DNA from: an uncultured archaeon
Lineage (GTDB): Archaea; Hadarchaeota; Hadarchaeia; Hadarchaeales; WYZ-LMO6
Length of the DNA stretch: 29,298 bases
NCBI GenBank assembly: GCA_938074535.1
Contig: CALJER010000021.1
Coordinates: 1 to 29,298, forward strand
Reading direction: 5' to 3'
This document shows positions 16,566 to 23,577 of the stretch, piece by piece. Under the pieces are notes generated by a model. The model was not told the DNA's origin. It ran no database searches and was given only the letters and a program-made list of their open reading frames with translations. A program made the position numbers and the translations under genes. Position 1 is the stretch's first letter. Every line of letters starts with the position of its first letter.

Positions 16566-16569
16566 AACC

Positions 16570-17613
16570 TCACACCCCTGACCGCTCCCTCACCCTGGCC
16601 TCGGTTTCTTCTATCTTCCGGAGGGCCTCCTCCCTCTTTTTCCCCCAGCCCACCACCACCATCCTGCGGCCTTCCCCCGTGTCCACGGGGGGGGTGAGGA
16701 GGCCCTCCAGCTCCTCCATTCCCACCGCCCCTTCGGGGGGAAGGGGCGGGGCCTCCAGGATCCTCACGCAGGCCTCCCCCCTCAGCCCGGTTTTCCCCCT
16801 CCCCTCCACCAGCATCTCGGCCAGGTTCCCCTTCAGGATTCTCGCCAGGGCGAGGAAGGAAGTGGTGGGGCGGGGGTTGAGCTCTATGAAGTAGGGTTCC
16901 TTCCCCACCACCAGATCCGCCCCGCAGAGCCCCCTGGCCCCCAGCACCCTGGCCCCGCGCTCGGCCAGCTCCCTGCACTTCCTGAAGAGGGGAGGGGGCA
17001 GGTGGAGGGGCACGTCGCTTCCCAGGTAGCGGATGCTTCTCCCGAGGGAAAGCACCTGCCGGTTGAGGGAGAGGAAGGTGATTTTCTTCCCGGCCAGGAG
17101 GCAGCAGCTCGCGTGGATTCCCTCCACGTACCGCTGGAAGAACTCGCCCCTCCTTCTTCTCCTCCCGAACCTGATCCCCTCTCCCCCCGCCCCCCACCTG
17201 GGCTTCACCAGCCACTTCCCGGAGCCGGGTGGGGCGAGCCTGGAGGGGGGGAGGTTGACTTCCCCCCTCAGCGCGAGGTAGGTGAGCCACTTGTCCCCCG
17301 CCCTCTCGGCGCCCTCCCGGCCCGTGCCCAGCACCCTCACCCCCTTTCTCTCGAGCCGGTCGGTGAGCTCCACCAGCTCCCTGGGAGGGGCGATCACGAG
17401 GGCGGCCTCCGGAAGGGGAGAGGGGAGGGAGCGGTCCACCTCCCCGGGGAGGAACCCCTCGAGCCACCGGAGGCGCGGGTGGAGGAGGGAGAGGGGTTTG
17501 AAGCCGGCCTCCTCGAACTGGAGGGCCATCGTTCTGAGGAGGGCAAAGCCTTCGGGGAGGAGGGAAGGATATTTCCCCGAGAAGGAAGCGAACTCCAGCA
17601 GGAGAACCTTCAT
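16570..17613 (-). CDS. mfnD: Tyramine--L-glutamate ligase (ATP-grasp)
   Basis: MKVLLLEFA..SLLPEG..L, ALVIAP, DKWLTYLAL, VKPRWGAGGEG, LSLNRQ and IELNPRPTTS. Translationally coupled to mfnB (ATGA). Confidence 0.85.
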   Translation of the reverse strand: MKVLLLEFASFSGKYPSLLPEGFALLRTMALQFEEAGFKPLSLLHPRLRWLEGFLPGEVDRSLPSPLPEAALVIAPPRELVELTDRLERKGVRVLGTGREGAERAGDKWLTYLALRGEVNLPPSRLAPPGSGKWLVKPRWGAGGEGIRFGRRRRRGEFFQRYVEGIHASCCLLAGKKITFLSLNRQVLSLGRSIRYLGSDVPLHLPPPLFRKCRELAERGARVLGARGLCGADLVVGKEPYFIELNPRPTTSFLALARILKGNLAEMLVEGRGKTGLRGEACVRILEAPPLPPEGAVGMEELEGLLTPPVDTGEGRRMVVVGWGKKREEALRKIEETEARVRERSGV

Positions 17614-18332
17614 CGTCCGGGTACTTCGGTCCCGGCCCCGAGCACCTCCTTAAGCCTCCTCACCAGTTCCCCGGAAAGCCTGCCCTCCCTGCCCGAGGGG
17701 CAGACCGCTCCCCTGACCCCCAGGATATCCGCCAGTCCCACGAGCTCAGCGAGCTCTTTTTCCCCCAGCGAGCCCGCAAGGGCCACCTTCAGTCCCAGCG
17801 AGTGGGCTTTTCTGCAAAACTCCCTCAGACGGGGAGGAGGAAGGAAGGAGGTGAGGGGCTCACCGTCCTTCACCGCCGTGTCCAGCATGACCACCCTCAC
17901 CCCGGTCTCGGCGGCCAGTTCCGGCAGCAGAAAGGGTTCGAGGGTTCCCACCCTCTCGAAATCACCGTAGGCGCATGCCACCGCCTCTCCCCTTCCCCAG
18001 AAGCTCACAGCCCCCGCCACCGCCCTCAGCAGGGAAAGGGCCTCCCCCCTCGTCCTGGGGCCCCTGAGTCCCACCTTGACGAAGCTTGCCCCGGCCTGCA
18101 GCGCTCCCAGGGCGGCCAGGGAGGCGCTCCCCGGGAGGGAGGGAAAATCGCCTATCGCGGCACTCACGGGGATGGAGGGGGGGAGGAGGCTCCTCACCTC
18201 CGAGATCACCCAGGGGAAGCCGGCGCCCAGGGAGCCCTCGAGGGGGTTCTTCACATCCACGATGTCCGCTCCCCCCTCGGCGGCTTCCAAGGCCTCTCTC
18301 CCGTCCCTCACGCTTACGAGCAGGAGGGTCAT
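17610..18332 (-). CDS. mfnB: (5-formylfuran-3-yl)methyl phosphate synthase
   Basis: LLVSV...EA..GGADIVDVKNPLEGSLGA, VSAAIGD, FVKVGL, MLDTAVKDG, ALAGSL and DILGVRGAVC. Confidence 0.95.
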   Translation of the reverse strand: MTLLLVSVRDGREALEAAEGGADIVDVKNPLEGSLGAGFPWVISEVRSLLPPSIPVSAAIGDFPSLPGSASLAALGALQAGASFVKVGLRGPRTRGEALSLLRAVAGAVSFWGRGEAVACAYGDFERVGTLEPFLLPELAAETGVRVVMLDTAVKDGEPLTSFLPPPRLREFCRKAHSLGLKVALAGSLGEKELAELVGLADILGVRGAVCPSGREGRLSGELVRRLKEVLGAGTEVPGR

Positions 18333-18360
18333 CCTCCCACCATTAGAAAGGGGGTTCCCC

Positions 18361-18366
18361 TATAAA
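18361..18366 (-). promoter_or_regulatory. Putative TATA box (TTTATA) of the mfnB operon
   Basis: Canonical archaeal TATA about 29-34 nt upstream of the mfnB ATG, with a GGTGGGAGG SD in between. Confidence 0.55.
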
Positions 18367-18406
18367 CGGTTCGAGGCCAGGACCGGGGGAGTCTTCCGGG
18401 GCTTGC

Positions 18407-19918
18407 TCAGAAGAGTTCTCCCTCCTGGACGTAGCTCCTGCCCGTCCTCAGGGCTATCTCCGCCTTCTGAAGCTCCCTTCCCAGGTAGGCGGCGTGGGAG
18501 GGCTCCTCCACCACACCCTCCTCCAGGATCCTCCTGCAGAGACCCTCCGCGCTCTTCCCCCTGAACACCAGCTCCGCCCTTCCACCCCTGTAGAGCACGG
18601 CCCTTATCTCCCCCCCCTCCACCCTTATCCGGAAGAAGCTTCCCTCCAGCCTGCTCACGCCCTGGGCGGGCTTCTCCTCCAGGATCCTGGCGCGGGTCTC
18701 CCCGGAGGGATCGTAAGGTTCCTCCTTCCTCCTCTTCTCCTTCAGGAGGAGGAGGTCCAGCCCCAGGTCCTTGGGCGCGGAGCCCCTCTCGCTGGCCAGG
18801 AGCATCATGTCCCTCGCCCTCCTCAGCTCCCCCACGCTCCCCCTGGTCTTGTCGCTGGCCTCCACCGTAAGGAAGAGGCTCACCCCCGCCTCCATTCCCA
18901 TCCCCGCCAGAAGGGCCATCATCCCCGGGGAGTCGGCATCGCACAGCTCCACCACGTTCCCCACCCCCATCAGGAGGGGGAGGTCGGGCCTCTCCTCCCT
19001 CACCTCCCCCAGCAGCCTCACGGAGTTCAGGAAACCCAGGTTGAGGGGCTCCAGGAGGGGATCCGCCACCACCTTCCTGAACCCCCTCTCCTCCGCCTCC
19101 TCCACCAGCCTCAGCAGCTCCCTCTTCCTCCTACCCCTTTCCACGCGGGGGGGGATGAGCACCACGGCCAGATCCGTCCTGTCGAACTTCCTCAGGGAGG
19201 AGCGGTCCAGGCTCGCGATGAGGTCCGCCCCTTCTTCCGCCGCCCTGGCCATCTCCCTCGGGTTGAGGGTGTCGATGCTCACCGGGACCCCGAACTCGTG
19301 CTTGAGGAGGGAGACCAGCTCCCCCGCCCTCTCCGGGAACTCCCTTCCCGCCACCATTCCCACATCCAGGATTTCCGCCCCCTCCTCCAGGTACCTCCTG
19401 GCCCTCTCCACCACCTCCTCGTCGGAGAGGAGGGGAGCATCGGGGATCTCCGCCATCACCCTGGGAGGGAATCCCCCGCCCACCCCCAGCCTGCCCAGCA
19501 GGAAGGCCCCCTTTCCCATCCTTCTCGCCCTGCTCTCCACCTCCCTCAGGAGCCTCTCCGCCCTCCTCCTCGTCTCCTCCTTCAGGAGCTCGCACGCGGG
19601 GACTTCCTTGGAGAGCTCCACCTCCCCCAGACGCTCCAGCACCGGAGGGAGATCCGCCGCGTGCTTGGGCCCCCTGTAGGTGGGAACCCCCACCTTTCTC
19701 TCCACCTCGGAGGGGTCGAACCTCACCAGGCCCGGGAGGAGGATGAGGTCGTAGCCCTTCACCCCCCTCTTCTCCAGCTCCCTCACCGCCAGCGAGGGGG
19801 TGAGGAAGGTGGCAACGGGGACGGGGGCCGCCACCACCTCCGCTTCCACCCCCTTCACCCTGGAGTACTTCTTCACCAGGGGAAAGGCCAGCCTCCCGGT
19901 GAGGAGGAGGACCCTCAT
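18407..19918 (-). CDS. Dihydropteroate synthase-like protein (MJ0107 type) with C-terminal DUF4346-like domain
   Basis: MRVLLLTGRLA, VATFLTP, LILLPGL, GPKHAADL, MAEIPDAP, GAEILDVG, PVSIDT, GVGNVVELCDADSPG and terminal HAAYLGRELQKAEIALRTGRSYVQE. ATG 19918 overlaps the upstream stop. Confidence 0.88.
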   Translation of the reverse strand: MRVLLLTGRLAFPLVKKYSRVKGVEAEVVAAPVPVATFLTPSLAVRELEKRGVKGYDLILLPGLVRFDPSEVERKVGVPTYRGPKHAADLPPVLERLGEVELSKEVPACELLKEETRRRAERLLREVESRARRMGKGAFLLGRLGVGGGFPPRVMAEIPDAPLLSDEEVVERARRYLEEGAEILDVGMVAGREFPERAGELVSLLKHEFGVPVSIDTLNPREMARAAEEGADLIASLDRSSLRKFDRTDLAVVLIPPRVERGRRKRELLRLVEEAEERGFRKVVADPLLEPLNLGFLNSVRLLGEVREERPDLPLLMGVGNVVELCDADSPGMMALLAGMGMEAGVSLFLTVEASDKTRGSVGELRRARDMMLLASERGSAPKDLGLDLLLLKEKRRKEEPYDPSGETRARILEEKPAQGVSRLEGSFFRIRVEGGEIRAVLYRGGRAELVFRGKSAEGLCRRILEEGVVEEPSHAAYLGRELQKAEIALRTGRSYVQEGELF

Positions 19919-20532
19919 GCGCTCATCCTCTTCTCCACGGCCTCCAGGAGTTCTCTCGCCGTCTCGGCTTCCCTGGAGGAGGGGGAGAGACGGAGGCACC
20001 CCTCGACCTGCCTCCTCAGCTCCTCCATCATCCTCCCCACCTTCAGTCCCCTTTTCCTGGCGACCAGGATCCTGCTGGCCAGCACGGCCGCCTCGAGCAG
20101 GAAGAACTCGGACCTCAGGAGGGGTTTTACGTGGGGGTCGACCGCCTCCACCTTCCTCACCTCGCAGGTGATTCTGAAGGCCAGGGAGGTTCCGAGTTCG
20201 TCCTCGACTTCTTCCCCCCTCATCCCCTTCACCCTGGGCACCCTTACCGTGGAGGAGGGCAGGAACTCCAGCTTGGGAGGAGGGAGGAGGTTTTTGAGCG
20301 CCAGCCTCACCAGCAGGTTCACGTCGTCTGTCAGGTTGAGCACACCCTCCCCCACCCTCCTGAGGTTGGAGAGGGAGGTGGAGGGGTGGAAGAGCCTCAT
20401 CTCCACCTCCTCCCCCTTCAGCCAGGCGCCCACCGTGGCGGCGTGGGGTGAGGAGTCGGGGTTGAGGGTGGAGAGGATCACCTCACCTGGCGACTCCTTC
20501 AGACCCAGCTCCCTCGGGGAGCTCATCAACAA
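19915..20532 (-). CDS. DUF447 family protein (split-barrel, H4MPT-cluster associated)
   Basis: EVILSTLNPDSSPHAATVG...F.PSTSLSNL...GVLNLTDD...LLEAAVLASR. Confidence 0.75.
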   Translation of the reverse strand: MLMSSPRELGLKESPGEVILSTLNPDSSPHAATVGAWLKGEEVEMRLFHPSTSLSNLRRVGEGVLNLTDDVNLLVRLALKNLLPPPKLEFLPSSTVRVPRVKGMRGEEVEDELGTSLAFRITCEVRKVEAVDPHVKPLLRSEFFLLEAAVLASRILVARKRGLKVGRMMEELRRQVEGCLRLSPSSREAETARELLEAVEKRMSA

Positions 20533-20580
20533 GGCTCCTCCTTTCCCTATTTAGCCCAGGTCCCTGAGAACGGATTTGGA

Positions 20581-21519
20581 TCAGGGTCTTATCCCCTCCA
20601 GCAGAAGGGCCAGCATCCAGGAGGAGGCGACGAGGTCGGCGGTGGTCCCCGGATTCACATCCTCCCTTTTGAACTCCTCGTCCAGCTCACCCACCATCCT
20701 CCTCCCCCTTTCCGTGAGCATCCCCCCCTCCTCCAGCACCTTCCTGGCCTTGCGCGAGGCCTCCTCCGCCTTTTCCCTCCCCTTGGTGCGAGCCACGAAG
20801 GTGTCCGGGCGGAAGGCCAGGAGCTCCAGGAAGGTCTGGACGGTGGCGGTGTTGACGTGGTTCGTCCTCCTGTAGAGCTGGGTGAGGGTGGGATAACCGA
20901 ACTCGAAGGTCACGGAGTAATCCGTCACCCACTCCCTGGCCACATCGTCCCATCCCGAGCAAATCCTCATGACCTCGTAGGCGGAGAGCCCCCTCTTCCT
21001 CAGCTCTTCCTGGGAGCGCGGATCGTTCACGTCCAGGTCCTCCAGCCTTCCCAGCCCGGCGGGCTCCGCGAGGAGGACGGCCCGGTAGAGCCCCACGGCG
21101 TCCTCTGGGGTGGTGGCCCTGAGGAGCTCGGAGAGGCGCCGGCGGAGGGGTTCTTTCCCCACCGCGCCCTCTTCGGCCAGCACCCAGCCGGCGGCCGCCG
21201 TCAGGGGTACCAGCAGGAGGATCGTCCCCAGGTTGGTGTTCCCGTCCCTCTGCCACCTCCTGGTCTCCCTCATGGCTTCCTCCATGATCGCCCCCAGGCC
21301 CGCCTCTCCCTTCCGCAGCTCGCCCTTTCCCACCGAGAAGCCCCTGCGGGCGGCCAGGAGCATGGAGGGGCCTATGGCGATGGTGCTGGCCACGAAGTGC
21401 TCGAAGGTGGCGTCCGGGAAGTCGGAGGTGCGGTGCACGTTTCCGGGCTTGGGGTGGCCGCACACCTCCAGGGCGGAGGAGAGCTGGGCCATCCTGGCCA
21501 AATCCTCCGGCGTGAGCAT
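20581..21519 (-). CDS. citG: CitG-family (triphosphoribosyl-dephospho-CoA synthase-like) protein, archaeal C1-cluster type
   Basis: ALEVCGHPKPGNVHR..DFPD..FEHF, NTNLGTILLLVPL, PDTFVAR..G and NPGTTADLVAS. ATG 21519 with TTTTAT at 21542-21547. Confidence 0.85.
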   Translation of the reverse strand: MLTPEDLARMAQLSSALEVCGHPKPGNVHRTSDFPDATFEHFVASTIAIGPSMLLAARRGFSVGKGELRKGEAGLGAIMEEAMRETRRWQRDGNTNLGTILLLVPLTAAAGWVLAEEGAVGKEPLRRRLSELLRATTPEDAVGLYRAVLLAEPAGLGRLEDLDVNDPRSQEELRKRGLSAYEVMRICSGWDDVAREWVTDYSVTFEFGYPTLTQLYRRTNHVNTATVQTFLELLAFRPDTFVARTKGREKAEEASRKARKVLEEGGMLTERGRRMVGELDEEFKREDVNPGTTADLVASSWMLALLLEGIRP

Positions 21520-21560
21520 CTCCGATTTCTCTCCTCTCCCGATAAAAGGGGTTTCCCGCT

Positions 21561-21821
21561 TCAGAGTTTGCTGAGGACCTCCAGGGCCTTTGAAAGCTTG
21601 GGCTTGGCCACCCTGTAGTAGGTCTTTCTTCCCTCCTTCCTGCTGGAGACCAGACCGCATTTCTTCATCAGCTTCAGGTGGTGGGAGACCAGCGGCTGTT
21701 TTTTCCCGAGTTCCTTCACCAGCTCGCACACGCACTTTTCCCCTTCATCCAGAAGGAGTAGGATCTTGTACCTAGTTTCGTCGCTTAGGCATTTCAGCAC
21801 TTTAATTCCTCGAGTACCCAT
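21561..21821 (-). CDS. arsR: ArsR/SmtB metalloregulator with alpha3 CVC site
   Basis: LKCLSDETRYKIL, EKCVCEL, QPLVSHHLKLM..CGLV and RKEGRKTYY. It lies directly downstream of acr3. Confidence 0.9.
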   Translation of the reverse strand: MGTRGIKVLKCLSDETRYKILLLLDEGEKCVCELVKELGKKQPLVSHHLKLMKKCGLVSSRKEGRKTYYRVAKPKLSKALEVLSKL

Positions 21822-21836
21822 CTTGTTCCCTCCACC

Positions 21837-22868
21837 TCAATCGAAAAAATCCCTTGTTTTTTTGCACAGGAACACCAGGAAGAGCATGAGTGGTACCTCG
21901 GTCAACACCCCCACCACCGTGGCCAAGGCAGCCCCGGATTCCACCCCGAAAAGGGAGATGGCCACAGCGATGGCCACCTCGAAGTGGTTGCTGCCCGCTA
22001 TGATGGCCGCCGGGGCGGCATCCTCATATCCCAGCCGCATGGACCTGGCGACCATGTAGGTGATACCGAAGACCAGGAGGATGTTGGCGAAGATGCCGGC
22101 CGTGATCATTCCTATGATACCAGGGATTTCGGTGATCAGGTGCCCCTGGTAGGTGAAGAGGATCACCAGCGTGATGAGAAGGGCTGCGATGGCCACCCTC
22201 CCCAGCGCGGGCACCAGTTTTGCGTTGAGCCACCTCTCACCCTTTCGCTCCAGAACCTTTTGCCTGGTGTAGTATCCGGCGATCAGGGGGGTGCAGATAT
22301 AGAACGTCACCGAGAGGGCTATGGTCTCCCAGGGCACCCTTATTCCGGAAACTCCCAGGAGGAAGGTGGCGAGGGGGGCGTAGAGGAAGACCATGGTGAG
22401 GGAGTTGATGGCGGTCATCACCAGGGTGTGTGCCATGTTCCCCCTGGCCAGGTAGCTCCAAACCAGCACCATCGCCGTGCAGGGAGCCACCCCCAGCAGG
22501 ATCATCCCGGCCCTGTACTGCTCGATCTGCTCGGGGGAGAGGAAGCCTGAAAAAAGGACCGCGAGGAAGAACCAGGAGAAGAAGGCCATGGTGAAGGGCT
22601 TGACGGCCCAGTTCATGAAGAGGGTGAGTCCCACGGGTCTGGGAGATCTGCTGGCTTTCTTGATTTCCTCGAAGCTTATCTGGACCATGATGGGGTAGAT
22701 CATGGCGAAGAGACAGATGGCGATGGGCACGGAGATATGGGCCACCTCCAGTTTCCCCAGGGCGTTTGAGAGCCCAGGAAGGGATCTTCCCAGGAGGATT
22801 CCCGCGAGGATGCAGAGGGCCACCCACACCGAGAGGTACTTCTCCCAGAGGCCCAGTCCCCTTTTCAC
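21837..22868 (-). CDS. acr3: Acr3-family arsenite efflux transporter
   Basis: EKYLSVWV, MIYPIMVQI, NWAVKPFTM, AGMILLGVAPCTAMVLVWS, SNHFEVAIAVAISLFG and ALATVVGVLTEVPLML, with about 10 TM helices. GTG 22868 overlaps the ferredoxin stop. Confidence 0.95.
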   Translation of the reverse strand: MKRGLGLWEKYLSVWVALCILAGILLGRSLPGLSNALGKLEVAHISVPIAICLFAMIYPIMVQISFEEIKKASRSPRPVGLTLFMNWAVKPFTMAFFSWFFLAVLFSGFLSPEQIEQYRAGMILLGVAPCTAMVLVWSYLARGNMAHTLVMTAINSLTMVFLYAPLATFLLGVSGIRVPWETIALSVTFYICTPLIAGYYTRQKVLERKGERWLNAKLVPALGRVAIAALLITLVILFTYQGHLITEIPGIIGMITAGIFANILLVFGITYMVARSMRLGYEDAAPAAIIAGSNHFEVAIAVAISLFGVESGAALATVVGVLTEVPLMLFLVFLCKKTRDFFD

Positions 22869-23125
22869 CTGCGGGCTTCCAGCTCCCTCATCAGCTTTCT
22901 TATCTCCGCGAGCGGTGGGAAGGAGATGGCCTCGGAGGGACACAGCTTGGCGCAGGAGCTGCACCCCACCACACACTCGTAGGGATGCTCCACCTTCGGC
23001 TTCCCCTCCTCCTCGTCCCAGCCGTAGACCCCGTGGGGACAGGATTCGAAACAGGTGCGGCATCCCGCGCACTTCTGGAGATCCACCCTGGGGAACCATG
23101 GTATTTTGTCCCTCGGCAGGTTCAT
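22865..23125 (-). CDS. 2[4Fe-4S] ferredoxin (86 aa) in the ars operon
   Basis: IPWFPRVD..KCAGCRTCFESCPHGVY and YECVVGCSSCAKLCPSEAISFP. Coupled on both sides (ATGA and GTGA overlaps). Confidence 0.9.
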   Translation of the reverse strand: MNLPRDKIPWFPRVDLQKCAGCRTCFESCPHGVYGWDEEEGKPKVEHPYECVVGCSSCAKLCPSEAISFPPLAEIRKLMRELEARR

Positions 23126-23481
23126 CCTTTCAATCCCTGCACGGCTTTCTTCACCCTTTCCGCAGCCTCCTCGGTCGAGAGGTTCCTGAGGTCGAGGGGC
23201 ACCGCCTGTGAGTCGAAGTCCCCTCCCGCTTCTTTGAAGGCCTGCGAGAACATTTTCTTCTGCATCCTCGGGTCGCACCCCCCTATCACGTATTTCTCCC
23301 CGGGCTTGACCAGGTCCCTGAGGAAGCGGTCGCCGTCTTCCACGCAGAGCTGGGGGTGCACCAGGGCGTAGTCCACCTCCAGCTGGTTCCTCACGTAGTT
23401 GATGAGCTTCCAGAGCTCCAGGTTCTTGAAGCCGGGGCACTCCCCCGTGCAGATGCACATCAGGAATTTGGGGTTGGGCAT
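23122..23481 (-). CDS. Stand-alone HdrA N-terminal-domain-like Cys protein (about 119 aa)
   Basis: FLMCICTGEC...HPQLC..DG...YVIGGCDPRMQKKMF...AG...LDLRN parallels the HdrA N-terminus (VCHCG...xxLCSxxG...VVAACSPRMHxxxF...AG...ANIRE). Start ATG 23481 or 23490. Confidence 0.7.
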   Translation of the reverse strand: MPNPKFLMCICTGECPGFKNLELWKLINYVRNQLEVDYALVHPQLCVEDGDRFLRDLVKPGEKYVIGGCDPRMQKKMFSQAFKEAGGDFDSQAVPLDLRNLSTEEAAERVKKAVQGLKG

Positions 23482-23488
23482 CTCAATC

Positions 23489-23554
23489 ATAAATGTATAT
23501 TCATATAAAAGGTTTTGGGAGGTGGGAGGTGGTCAAGGCGGACAACTCTTATAT
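23489..23554. promoter_or_regulatory. Divergent promoter region with two TATA boxes and a candidate ArsR operator
   Basis: AT-rich island. TTTTATAT (minus, 23503-23510) lies 22-29 nt before ATG 23481. TTATAT (plus, 23549-23554) lies 24-29 nt before ATG 23578. Imperfect palindrome ATAAATGTATATTCAT at 23489-23504. Confidence 0.55.
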
Positions 23555-23577
23555 TCTCAAGGTGGCCAGGGGGCGTG

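Noticed and set aside
20581-21519. Citrate lyase or malonate decarboxylase cofactor pathway
   Set aside because: No citCDEFX or mdc genes nearby, and the context is pterin/methanofuran biosynthesis.
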